DNA of 64,000 nt from Gammaproteobacteria bacterium (GTDB taxonomy: Bacteria > Pseudomonadota > Gammaproteobacteria > UBA5861), in assembly GCA_022360445.1 (NCBI GenBank), contig JAKSCV010000012.1:1364-65363 (forward strand). Direction: 5' to 3'. Shown one piece after another: positions 1 through 9,289 of this stretch. Both the position numbers and the translations under genes were made by a program. Numbering within the stretch: the stretch's first letter is position 1; every line of letters begins with the position of its first letter. Below the pieces are notes generated by a model that searched no databases, was not told the origin of the DNA, and worked only from the letters and a program-made list of their open reading frames with translations.

Positions 1-2272
1 GTGGTGAATATTCGTATGTTGCGACAAGAAAGGCTGGGTTGCCTGAGAGGCTACCTGCTCTGACTAACGTACTGCCATCGGCCACGGAAGAGAGAGGTGA
101 CGTTAATAAGATTCGACCTTGCAAGGTATTCAGCGTGTAATCAACACCGGAAGCCAGCATGTAGCTGGACAGGACGATCCCCGAGTCTTTATCACGAATT
201 TCGATGCTAAGTTGCTCCGAGCCCTGTGTGATGTTTTGGTGTTGAAGGTAGTACAAAGAGCCACCCGTTCCGCGGAACTCTTCACGGGCAGCCAGTGTAC
301 CTGGATCTGCTGCAAAAGCTTGAATCACTGTTTTTCGCTCACCATGCTCTGTTGAAGACAGACTTTGCCACTGTGCTTGTGCACCGTATAGACCGCGGTC
401 TATACGGGCCAGCTCATTTTCATGAATATGTGTTTTAAAGTTACCCCACATAATATGGGACTGTTCATCTTCGATCTTAAGGTACGCTTTTCCTTGTGTG
501 GGAGCGTCTTCATAAGTGGTACTGTCATCACCATAAACGGAATAGTACTGTTCCTCGTCGAGTTTTCTGAGCAAGGTTTCGGGTGACTTTTCATCAAAGT
601 TTTTTAGCAGTTGATCAAGTTCTTTTTCCCGGGTGTCAACACTGGCGGTTAATTGGTATTTTTTCGAGATTTTACCTTTTGCATAAAACGCGATACGGCC
701 ATCTGCATAGGCTTCGTCACCGTAATAGTGTGTATTTCCTGTAACCAAGTCGGCTGGTCCGGAAGTTTTGTTTTCGCCAATGGTGAGGTCGGCCAACGCG
801 ACGATGAACCAGTCATCTTCCTCAAACTTGAGGTCTCTCCAGTAAATGTCGCCATTGCCGGTTTCATCAAGCACTGCAACTTCAACGGTATGGCCACCGT
901 TGCCTATGATGTGCTCAGTGACAAATTTTTGGTCACCAGCGATGGGTACTGGCATGCCCAGGAAAAAGACCTGATGACTATTTGGAATGTTTTCTCCGTA
1001 AACAGTCAATGTGCCACCTTGGACGGGAATGTTTCGGATGGCGAGATGATTTTTATCATAGCCGTCAAAGAGCGAGGTGGCCTCGGAAGTGCCTTCATTC
1101 TCTTCACCTTTTTTCAACCAAAGTGTATGGCTTTTCGTTTCGTCAAAACGGCCGTTTTTATCATAGACGCGCAACCGGTATGCGATTTTTGCTGATGTGG
1201 TGGTGATGTCAGTCCAGGCTCCTGACATGTCACTGTCAAGCGGTACAATAGCCAGAGGAATTGCCTGTGGCGATTGTCCAATTTCAAATAGTCGGACCTC
1301 AGCTTTTTGAAACCAGCTACGATAGTTAGTAAAGCCTTGAAATTGAATGTCTCCATCGATATCCGCTGTTTTGGGTAGTGCAGTAACGTTCAACCTTGGT
1401 TGGGTGGTCAGGTTGTTGTACTGAAGCTGTATTTTGGCTTGATCGAGTGCAACATCTGTACAACGTTGCAGGTCCGCGTTTTGTTTTGAGACTTTGCCGT
1501 TAACAGTTTTCCCGTCAATGCTGATACGAAAGCCATCGAATTCATTATTCTGGTTAACTGCATTGATGCCGCCTTCACAAATCCGGGCTTTATGTAATTG
1601 AATAGGTGGCGGTGTTGTGATGATTTCTTCTTCGTACCAGATCTTCATCTCCACCCGGCGGTTTTTGGCCATGCCCTCTTTCGTATCGTTGCTGGCAATG
1701 GGTGCCCGGTCGGCTTTACCTTGATACGTTACCGCATCGTCAGGCAGCTTAAGTGCAGACTTGAAAAACTGGGCAACGACACGTGCACGGGCCTCTGAAA
1801 GTTCTTGGTTGTCCGCATAAAACTGTCGGGTATAGGCGCTGAGTCGTTGACTGTCGGTATGGCCAATAAAGTGCAGGCGGAGATTATTTTTGGTTTTTAA
1901 CCCGTCTGCAATGCTTTGAAATTGATCCAATGCTGTGCCTTCAATGAAGGCTTTTCCTGATCGAAAAGTGATTGGGCTGTCTTCGCCGGCAAGGTTAGAT
2001 GTAACGCTATGCTCCCTAACTACTGGAGACACGGGCTTTTGAGTCGGGAGCGCCCAGAGAGTTAAGGTTTCATCAGGCAGGTGACGCTCGCTGTTTTCCG
2101 GCAGCTCCACTTTTTGAATAGAGCTATCTATGGGGAGTGCCGAGCGGATCACTTCAATCTCGCATACGGTATCACAGTGTATCTCACTCTGAGCAGAGAG
2201 GGGAGGTATTTGAACATAAAGCAGGCCACCAGCAATGAGCAGGAGAGCCTGCGCTTTTTGTGGTTTAATCAA
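1..2272 (-). CDS. OmpA/MotB-domain (peptidoglycan-binding) envelope protein, 3'-partial; continues beyond the window start
   Basis: Absent from the ORF track because no stop codon lies in the window. My minus-strand translation from TTG (2272-2270) stays open for 757 codons down to position 1. The N-terminus (L/M)IKPQKAQALLLIAGGLLYVQIPPLSAQS looks like a signal peptide. It is followed by ITFRSGKAF...LRLHFIGHTDSQRLS...ELSEARARVVAQFF...GKADRAPIASNDTKEGMAKNRRVEMKIW, an OmpA_C-like signature, and then by more than 550 aa of further sequence. The start codon lies 1 nt after the TAA (2276-2274) of the upstream giant gene. Confidence 0.75.
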   Translation of the reverse strand, partial: MIKPQKAQALLLIAGGLLYVQIPPLSAQSEIHCDTVCEIEVIRSALPIDSSIQKVELPENSERHLPDETLTLWALPTQKPVSPVVREHSVTSNLAGEDSPITFRSGKAFIEGTALDQFQSIADGLKTKNNLRLHFIGHTDSQRLSAYTRQFYADNQELSEARARVVAQFFKSALKLPDDAVTYQGKADRAPIASNDTKEGMAKNRRVEMKIWYEEEIITTPPPIQLHKARICEGGINAVNQNNEFDGFRISIDGKTVNGKVSKQNADLQRCTDVALDQAKIQLQYNNLTTQPRLNVTALPKTADIDGDIQFQGFTNYRSWFQKAEVRLFEIGQSPQAIPLAIVPLDSDMSGAWTDITTTSAKIAYRLRVYDKNGRFDETKSHTLWLKKGEENEGTSEATSLFDGYDKNHLAIRNIPVQGGTLTVYGENIPNSHQVFFLGMPVPIAGDQKFVTEHIIGNGGHTVEVAVLDETGNGDIYWRDLKFEEDDWFIVALADLTIGENKTSGPADLVTGNTHYYGDEAYADGRIAFYAKGKISKKYQLTASVDTREKELDQLLKNFDEKSPETLLRKLDEEQYYSVYGDDSTTYEDAPTQGKAYLKIEDEQSHIMWGNFKTHIHENELARIDRGLYGAQAQWQSLSSTEHGERKTVIQAFAADPGTLAAREEFRGTGGSLYYLQHQNITQGSEQLSIEIRDKDSGIVLSSYMLASGVDYTLNTLQGRILLTSPLSSVADGSTLVRAGSLSGNPAFLVATYEYSP

Positions 2273-2273
2273 T

Positions 2274-5200
2274 TTAATCACGTCGTAGCCTCCTGGGTTG
2301 TTTCCCAACCTCGTTGGCAGACGTTCTCCAAAGAATTTCCCGCTCGATAATCAGTTCGTAATTATCACAATCACACTGCTTCCAGCGTTTTTTTAGTTGT
2401 TTTTCTAAGGTGTCGAGACGGTCATTAACAGTTGATTGGCTCTCTCCTTCGGCGATATAAGCGAGTCGTAAAATAGATGGCTTTTGGTTGAGTATGTTCA
2501 CCAAGTCATCCAGTTTTTTAAGCGAGTCAGGCGTGAGTGCCGTGGTATTGGAAAAAGCAGACGGGCCTAAATCCAACCGTATCACACGGTGTATCGTCGC
2601 GCCGAAGTTGATTTTTTCCATTTTACCTTCGGTGAGGCGGACAACACGTGGGTTTTCGGTCGTCGTTCTAAAGCCAGAAGGTAAGCTACGCTCATCCATC
2701 TTCAGAATAAAGTTTGAGCCATGTAATCTGTTTGGTAGTGCGGCGCAGGCAATGTGGTAGCGCCCATATTGATCGGTTTTAGTAATAAGGCCGCGCGCAG
2801 TGACCAGCTTGACACCTGCAATGCCGGGTTCACCTTTGTCCGGATAACCATTGATGTTCCTGTCATCATAAACTTTTCCGATAAGATCGCTGCATTGGAA
2901 GAGCGGATCTGGTGTTACAAGGACTTTGGCTGTGGCGATGTTGGATAAGCGTTGGTTGATGGCAAAGCTGTAGGCCCAGGTTTGATTGACATACTCACCT
3001 TCTTCAACACCAGCGCCGACAATAAGCATTAGCGTAATTGTGCGGGTTTGGTTGGGAGTAAACGTGATGTTTGGCCAGGTTAACTCTAGGCCATTGATCG
3101 AGGGCTCATGGCTGGCACCATCAAGTTTTGCGCTATTTTCGATGTATTTGAAGCCTGGCGGTATCCGGTCCTGCAAGGCAATATTTCTTATTTCCAAACT
3201 CAGGTTATTGGTATAACGCAGTGTGTAAGGGACCAACTCACCTCGGATCACCTTATTTTTCGGAGATGATTTGATGGCAGTAATGGTGTCGCCATCCAAG
3301 GGGTCCAACGGGATATGGTTAGAGACGACATCAGCCGATGTGATCGGCGAAATATTAAACGTTAAGAAGTATTGCGTGCTACTAGCCGTGGCAGCGAGCC
3401 CCGGTGTGGTGATCGGGCAATTTTGCGGGTCGTGTATCGGGGCGCTTTCAACAGGCGCGCGTGCGTCGGCATGCACAAGGGCCGGATCGGGTGTTGGCAT
3501 AACCGCCAACGTGTTTTCACAAACCGGGATTATGGCCGAGTTGAGCGGTATGTAGCCGTCCGGTGCACTGACGTCTAGTGTGTAAGTGCCCGCTGGGGCA
3601 TCGGTGAGCAGCAGGAACTGGTAATAACCGTCATCCGCGGTTATTTGTGACTGGTTGTTTTCGCCTCCGACAAGATGCAGCCCCGGATCAAAACCTGTAG
3701 GGCCTGAAATACGCACGGTAGCGCCTGAAATGGGCTGTCGAGTGACGGCATTGTAGATGATGCCTGAAGGGTCAATCGGGAGGTTCTGGTCTGGAATATC
3801 TGCATTATCAGCTAAGGTGATGTTGCGGATCGTGCCTTGTGTAATTTCTGCTTCTGATAACGAAGAAATGGGGTCGCCGTAAACATAGCCATTGGGGTGC
3901 AAGAAGCGGATTTCATACCCTGAACCAGGCTCAATGTTGTTAAAGACATAATCGCCGTTTTCATTTGTCCGTGTTTCAGCGACCAGGCTGGCTTCGCTGT
4001 TATCGACGGGGCCAGTGCGTTGGTAGAGCTGGACTATCCAATCTTTTTGCCCTGAGTTGGGTTCGTTGATGATGCGGTCATGGTTTTCATCCAGCCAGAC
4101 ATGGCCAGAGATCCGTGCCGTGGCGGGTGGATCATCACTCCCTTGCCTTTCGCCAAATAAATAGCCTTTGGCATGGGGAGTCGTGATGAGGACTATGTTG
4201 AGGATGCGGTTGTCAGCTGCATTACCTCCTGCGTCGCCCACTGTAATAGTGCCTTCCAGCCACTGCCACCCGGCCGGTTGCATTTCTTCCAGCGTATAAC
4301 CCGTCGAGTCACTGGCTGGCAGTGTGTCAAAAGTGAAGTGACCGTCTTCTGCGCTCTGGGTTTCTCGATTGAGTGTGTTGCCTGAGCCATCTTGACCGGA
4401 TAGTTGCAAGGTGACTCCATCAATACCGGATTCACCTTCATCAAATAAGCCATTCTCATTGCTATCCAAATAGACAGCACCTGTGAGGCGAGAATACTGT
4501 TCGGTGAAGCGGTAATGGGTTCCATTGTCACCTGGCTGAAGAGGAATATCGTTAATCTGGTTAGCGTCTGAGCGGCCGCCTAAGGTGCCGGCCAGTGCTG
4601 TGCGATCGATTAAATGAGTCGGCTGTGTCTGAATCAAGCGATAAGTGCCAGCGGGCAGATTCGTGAAGGCAAATTGGCCGGTTTCGCTGGTTTGTGTCGT
4701 TTGGCTGAATAATTCACCGAGTGTTGTTGTCCCAGTTAGGCTGACGGTGTTGTTCTCTATGGGAAGGTCGTCACTTTCTTGCAAGCCGTTGCCGTTAATA
4801 TCAATGTAAACAGTGCCCGACAGGCTGCCGAGTGTTGGTGGATCATCAGGTTTTTGCTCACCAAACAGGTAATTCCGGGCATGAATACTACTTGCCAGTA
4901 CGATGTTGCTGATTTGATTATCGCTGACATCCCCCCCGGCAGTACCAGCAGACTCTATTCCATCTAGCCACCCCTCAGGTTGAGTTTGAGTAACCGTGTA
5001 CCCACTCGGGCTACTGGCGGGCAGGTTGCTGAAGAGGTAGTCGCCGTTGTCATTTGTGGCGACAGTAATGTTAATGTCATCGTTGGCGGCGCTTAGGCCG
5101 GTGAGTGTCAACAAGACACCAGGGATACCTGTCTCTTGTGACTCGCGTATCCCGTTGTTGTTTCCGTCAAAGTAAACACTACCGGAAAGCTGGCTGAGAT

Positions 5201-8200
5201 CCGGGTGGGTTGTCGTGGTTCGCTCGCCAAAGAGGTAGCTTGTAAGCGCTGTGCCTTCAAGCACAATGATATTGGAAATGATGTCTGTTCCAATGCTGTT
5301 TGGAATGGGCTCGCCAAGGATGCTTTCCTGTCCATCAAGGAAATCCTGTGGTTGTTCTTCGGAAAGTGCATAGCCCGTGCTATCACTGGGAGGCAGTTCA
5401 TCAAAAGTAAGTGTCCCATTTGATGCCGTACGTGCGCTTCGGCTCAGTGGTTGGCCGTAAGCGTCTTGGCCAGAGAGAGTGAGTAAGACATTAGCTATAC
5501 CAGGCTCGTCGATATCTTGAATACCATTGTCATTGCTATCCAAATAGACGCCAGCGGTAATGCTCGCTTTTGCAACATTCAAAGAACCAGAGCGGGTATT
5601 GTTAGATAGGTCAATATCAAATTCTACCGTGGATGCTGTTGCTGTGTTGCTCAGCGTGTCATTTTCCGGATAGGTTGTGACAACACTCGGTATTGTGATA
5701 ACGATTTCCTGGCCATGAGTCACATAGCCTAAATCGCAGGTAATACGTTCGCCGGTGTCGGCAACGTCACAACGGCCTTGTGTGGCTTCCGGGAGAGCGG
5801 TGAGTATTGTTCCCGGTGGTAAAGTATTAACCAAGGTGGTTTGTCGACTATCACCCGGACCATTGTTGACGACGGTGACGCGCCATTCAAAAGGCTGATT
5901 GAGGTTTACTGTATCCAGGCTGGAACTGACTTCACGGACTTCAATATCAACACCCAAAGCCGTTGTTGTCAGTTCTTCGGTGGTATTGTTGCTGGTATCG
6001 GAGTCAATTTGGTCGGATTGAATGTGCACATTCAACTTGTAGGTGTCGCCACCGATATCCGGCAAGGATATGACCTGATAAATCAAATTCCTCTCAAGTG
6101 TTTGATGAGCACTCAGTGTGTCGATGTGGCATGAGGTAATGCCCTCTGTCGTGATGATTTGATTTTGCCCAGTACATGTTTGCTCAGTCACTGGGGGACA
6201 ATCTGTGGTATCGGCACTGGTATCACAAATAAATTGAATGGATTTCCCAGGTGGTGTTGTCAGTTTGTTGTTCAGTTGAACATTGGTTGCCGCGGCAGGC
6301 CCTAGGTTTTCTGAACGCAGGGTATAGACAATTACGTTATTTTTCGGAATGAGGGGGTTGAATGCGGCTGGGTCATTGCTGTCTGAGGCGTTGACCAGTA
6401 GATCAAGAGTGGCCTGTCCAACGGACAGTGTGGCTGTTTTTGCATTATTGGTTTGATCAGTATCGTAAGTGTCAGCTGTCACACGAGCTGTGTTGTTGAT
6501 CGACCCGAACGCTTCACTCCCTGTTTGGATGTTGACTGTAACGGTTTGAGTTTCTCCAGCAGGTAAGTCACCAACGCTACAGGCAAGTAACAGACTTTCA
6601 CTTTCGTAAAGGCAGCTTCCTTGAGAGGCTGATGCACTCAGGAATGAGAAAGCTGCCGACTCAGGAGCAAAGGTGTCCTGTATGACCACATTGCTTGCTT
6701 TTGAGGGGCCATTGTTCCGAAAACTGATCACGTAACTTGCCTGATCACCCGAGATCACTTGCTGTGGTGAGACCGTTTTGCTCGTGAGCTGCAGGTCAGT
6801 CGCGGGTAGAACGGTCACAGGCGCAGAGGCCTTGTTATTACTGGGGTCTGGGTCGTCCGATGTTGACGTGTAGACAGTCGCTTCAAAGTCCCAAGTACCT
6901 GCGAGCATGGGGCGAGAAACCGTCACTGTGACACGCGTTGACTCACCGGACGCAAGGGAATCCAATGCACAATAAATATAGCGTTTTGTATGATTACTGG
7001 TTGAGCAGCTACCCTGTTCAGGTGTGATGACCAACCCTGTCGCCTGGTGGAAATCCGTAGCCGGGGCGTCCATCATAATGCGGTCAGTCAACCGTATATA
7101 GGTTGCTTCAACAGGTCCATTATTGGTGATCTCGAGGGTGTAAACCAGCGTGTTTTCGTTTGGGTTAAGAACGGCTTTGTCAACAGTTTTGGTGAGCGCG
7201 AGGTCAACAATATTGTTTGTAGATTTTACGCTTTCTGAGTCGCAATCATTGTTGGGGTTGGCGTCACCCTCTGGAGGAGGGTTGCCTGCTGACGTGCTTG
7301 TACAGGCCGTATTTGTGAGTTGCCCGGTCCCCTCTGCACGAGTGGTAATGGTCAGTATCGGTGTCAGCGCGTTAACAGCGAGTGGGTCTGGGTGTTCACA
7401 GGTGACGACATTTCCTGAGTGATTGCAGGTCCATCTATTGCCTGTAGCAGAAACAAACACTTCTTCTGGCTCTAGTGTGTCAGTCACTTTAATGGGGCCG
7501 GAGGCTTGTTTAGGACCTCTGTTCCCAACTTGAATCGTGGATGTGATGTTGGTGCCTTGGGCAATCGTTCCACTGGTCTTGCTTTTATTCAAATACAAAT
7601 CTGCGCCATTTGGCATCAGCGTATAAGTGACAGCATCATTATTATTGCCTGTATTAATTTCGGCTGATGTTGTGCTTACTGATACGGCATTGGTTTGGTT
7701 AGGTCCGCTTGCAGGTAAGGTATCTGCGGTTGTTGCTGTAATCGTGATGATGGGTGCACTGCCCGTTCCCAGCAGCGGCCTCTCGCAAGACACAATCAGA
7801 CCGCTCGCTTCACAGGTCCAGCCATCGCCATCGGCCACTATGTTTTTCAGTCCGCTGGGAAGGGTATCAGTGACGCGAACATTTTCAGCGCTTGATGAGC
7901 CTTGATTGCTTGCTGTGATAAAAAAGCGAATGGTTTCATTCAGCCCGGCATGGGTTGCTGATGCTGTTTTCTCTATGACGAGGTCAGGTCCGGATGAAAG
8001 GCTCAGCTGGTGTGTTGCCGTATTATTTTCAGTATTGGGGTCTGATAGATTGCCGGGGGACACCGAGACGCTGTTAGATACCGTTCCTGTTGCACTGCTT
8101 GAAATCTGTGTAGCGAGTTGAAGTGAAGACGCCTGGCCATCTGCTAGTAGAGTATTTGAGTAAGTGCAGCTAGCCGTTTGAGTGTTAAAACTGCATTGCC

Positions 8201-8876
8201 AGTTTGCCCCACTGTAGCCGGTGTATGTTAATTCCGGTGGCAGTGTGTTGGTTAATTGCAGTGAGCTGACAGAGTTGGGGCCTGAGTTTTCTGCCTCTAC
8301 GGTATAGATAACATCCGAACCTGTGGCCGCAGGATTCGGTGCAGCATCAAGTGTTACTGACACATCAGCGCCTGCAATGATGGTAGTCTCTTCAGTTTGT
8401 GCGTTGTTGCTAGTATTAATATCTTCGCTGGTTGAGGAGATTCTGGCTGTCAGGCTGACAATTTGAGGGCCTGGAGCAACGGCTTTGAGTGTTAAGTCGA
8501 GATTGAAACTGGATTGAGGCTGGAAGCTGCCAATATCACAAGTGACTTTTTGCTCTGAGGAAATAAATTCACACTGGCCAATGCTTGACGTTGCGCTAAT
8601 GAACTCAAAACTTGCCGGAATGTTGATATCAACTTTTGCATTTTCAGCAACACCGTATTGGCTGTTATCGGCTTTAATCGTATAAGTTACGTTGCTGCCC
8701 GCAATAACTGGGTCCTTCTGGTCATCAAAGCGGGTAATGCCTAAATCTGTTGCGACGGCTTCGGCACCTGCTGCATACCAAGCAGACCCCAAGACTAAGG
8801 CTAGCCATAGGGAAATGGTTTTTTTGGAAATGTGTTTATTCTTTTTATTCACTTCTTCTTTCTCGGCCCAACTCAA
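2274..8876 (-). CDS. Giant (about 2200 aa) secreted repeat protein, putative surface adhesin: DUF11-type repeats plus SdrD-B/Cna-B-type repeats
   Basis: Single 6.6-kb ORF. The N-terminus KKTISLWLALVLGSAWYAAGAEA is signal-peptide-like; the ORF-track start is TTG at 8876, and GTG at 8852 gives a more typical n-region. At least 8 modules carry the DUF11-like motif N-x-G-P/S..A-x-N-V..TD-x-LP, for example ITASNQGSSSAENVRVTDTLPSG and ISFRNNGPSKASNVVIQDTF. These are followed by modules of the form G-x-V-Y-x-D-x-N-x-NG...GI-x-GV-x-L-x-L-x-G. Confidence 0.85.
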   Translation of the reverse strand: MSWAEKEEVNKKNKHISKKTISLWLALVLGSAWYAAGAEAVATDLGITRFDDQKDPVIAGSNVTYTIKADNSQYGVAENAKVDINIPASFEFISATSSIGQCEFISSEQKVTCDIGSFQPQSSFNLDLTLKAVAPGPQIVSLTARISSTSEDINTSNNAQTEETTIIAGADVSVTLDAAPNPAATGSDVIYTVEAENSGPNSVSSLQLTNTLPPELTYTGYSGANWQCSFNTQTASCTYSNTLLADGQASSLQLATQISSSATGTVSNSVSVSPGNLSDPNTENNTATHQLSLSSGPDLVIEKTASATHAGLNETIRFFITASNQGSSSAENVRVTDTLPSGLKNIVADGDGWTCEASGLIVSCERPLLGTGSAPIITITATTADTLPASGPNQTNAVSVSTTSAEINTGNNNDAVTYTLMPNGADLYLNKSKTSGTIAQGTNITSTIQVGNRGPKQASGPIKVTDTLEPEEVFVSATGNRWTCNHSGNVVTCEHPDPLAVNALTPILTITTRAEGTGQLTNTACTSTSAGNPPPEGDANPNNDCDSESVKSTNNIVDLALTKTVDKAVLNPNENTLVYTLEITNNGPVEATYIRLTDRIMMDAPATDFHQATGLVITPEQGSCSTSNHTKRYIYCALDSLASGESTRVTVTVSRPMLAGTWDFEATVYTSTSDDPDPSNNKASAPVTVLPATDLQLTSKTVSPQQVISGDQASYVISFRNNGPSKASNVVIQDTFAPESAAFSFLSASASQGSCLYESESLLLACSVGDLPAGETQTVTVNIQTGSEAFGSINNTARVTADTYDTDQTNNAKTATLSVGQATLDLLVNASDSNDPAAFNPLIPKNNVIVYTLRSENLGPAAATNVQLNNKLTTPPGKSIQFICDTSADTTDCPPVTEQTCTGQNQIITTEGITSCHIDTLSAHQTLERNLIYQVISLPDIGGDTYKLNVHIQSDQIDSDTSNNTTEELTTTALGVDIEVREVSSSLDTVNLNQPFEWRVTVVNNGPGDSRQTTLVNTLPPGTILTALPEATQGRCDVADTGERITCDLGYVTHGQEIVITIPSVVTTYPENDTLSNTATASTVEFDIDLSNNTRSGSLNVAKASITAGVYLDSNDNGIQDIDEPGIANVLLTLSGQDAYGQPLSRSARTASNGTLTFDELPPSDSTGYALSEEQPQDFLDGQESILGEPIPNSIGTDIISNIIVLEGTALTSYLFGERTTTTHPDLSQLSGSVYFDGNNNGIRESQETGIPGVLLTLTGLSAANDDINITVATNDNGDYLFSNLPASSPSGYTVTQTQPEGWLDGIESAGTAGGDVSDNQISNIVLASSIHARNYLFGEQKPDDPPTLGSLSGTVYIDINGNGLQESDDLPIENNTVSLTGTTTLGELFSQTTQTSETGQFAFTNLPAGTYRLIQTQPTHLIDRTALAGTLGGRSDANQINDIPLQPGDNGTHYRFTEQYSRLTGAVYLDSNENGLFDEGESGIDGVTLQLSGQDGSGNTLNRETQSAEDGHFTFDTLPASDSTGYTLEEMQPAGWQWLEGTITVGDAGGNAADNRILNIVLITTPHAKGYLFGERQGSDDPPATARISGHVWLDENHDRIINEPNSGQKDWIVQLYQRTGPVDNSEASLVAETRTNENGDYVFNNIEPGSGYEIRFLHPNGYVYGDPISSLSEAEITQGTIRNITLADNADIPDQNLPIDPSGIIYNAVTRQPISGATVRISGPTGFDPGLHLVGGENNQSQITADDGYYQFLLLTDAPAGTYTLDVSAPDGYIPLNSAIIPVCENTLAVMPTPDPALVHADARAPVESAPIHDPQNCPITTPGLAATASSTQYFLTFNISPITSADVVSNHIPLDPLDGDTITAIKSSPKNKVIRGELVPYTLRYTNNLSLEIRNIALQDRIPPGFKYIENSAKLDGASHEPSINGLELTWPNITFTPNQTRTITLMLIVGAGVEEGEYVNQTWAYSFAINQRLSNIATAKVLVTPDPLFQCSDLIGKVYDDRNINGYPDKGEPGIAGVKLVTARGLITKTDQYGRYHIACAALPNRLHGSNFILKMDERSLPSGFRTTTENPRVVRLTEGKMEKINFGATIHRVIRLDLGPSAFSNTTALTPDSLKKLDDLVNILNQKPSILRLAYIAEGESQSTVNDRLDTLEKQLKKRWKQCDCDNYELIIEREILWRTSANEVGKQPRRLRRD
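3880..5565 (-). repeat. Tandem array of five coding repeats of about 115-125 aa (SdrD-B / Cna-B-like) inside the giant gene; a sixth, diverged copy lies near 2800-2880
   Basis: Repeat heads are GVYLDSNDNGIQDIDEPGIANVLLTLSG, GSVYFDGNNNGIRESQETGIPGVLLTLTG, GTVYIDINGNGLQESDDLPIENNTVSLTG, GAVYLDSNENGLFDEGESGIDGVTLQLSG and GHVWLDENHDRIINEP. Spacing is about 340-375 nt. A 26-mer at 5524-5549 matches 4450-4475 with one mismatch. Confidence 0.65.
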
Positions 8877-9253
8877 TAAAGTGATTAAATTTTGTGCCTA
8901 AAAAAATAAAGCTATCTGCGTTTACTTTTTACCTAAGCTATTGACCTGATGCGACTTAAATTTTTTTTTATTGATAATTAATACAGACTTATATCTATTT
9001 TTTTAATCAAAATGTTAATTAGTTAAAGTTCCTCGCATTTCATCAGTGCTTGTTAAATTTTAGAAGCAAACACTAAGCTTGATGACTGAGCGCAGTGTAT
9101 ACCTGATCAATAAGAAGCTATATCCCATAAGAGAGGTATCGTAGCGCTACTCCATGCATGTTACCACAGCATTAAAAGTCTATGATTTTGTAGGGTTCAC
9201 GATTAATGTGTTTTATTGTTTGGGGTGCGCTGGATGGTGAGTGAGCATAGGTC

Positions 9254-9276
9254 CCGCCCCGAGAATATAGGGGCGG
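9254..9276 (-). terminator. GC-rich hairpin just downstream of the thiolase-like gene; no U-tract on the minus strand
   Basis: CCGCCCC (9254-9260) pairs with GGGGCGG (9270-9276) around a 9-nt loop, 14 nt past the stop at 9290. The lack of a T-run on the transcribed strand keeps confidence low. Confidence 0.3.
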
Positions 9277-9289
9277 TTTGATAGGTTGG

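Noticed and set aside
653-1195. 180-aa plus-strand ORF, the longest ORF-track entry in 1-2270
   Set aside because: It is antisense to the 757-codon open frame that encodes an OmpA-domain protein, and its translation has no recognisable features.
8961-8969. T9 tract (A9 on the coding strand) and neighbouring A7 tracts upstream of the giant adhesin gene, considered as a phase-variation switch
   Set aside because: The whole 413-bp spacer is AT-rich, so such runs are expected. I could not place the tract between convincing -35 and -10 elements, and 9 nt is marginal for slipped-strand switching.
8877-9289. Looked for a c-di-GMP riboswitch or other structured leader ahead of the adhesin gene
   Set aside because: No GEMM-like conserved segments were recognisable by eye. 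This would need an Rfam scan, and I have no positive evidence.
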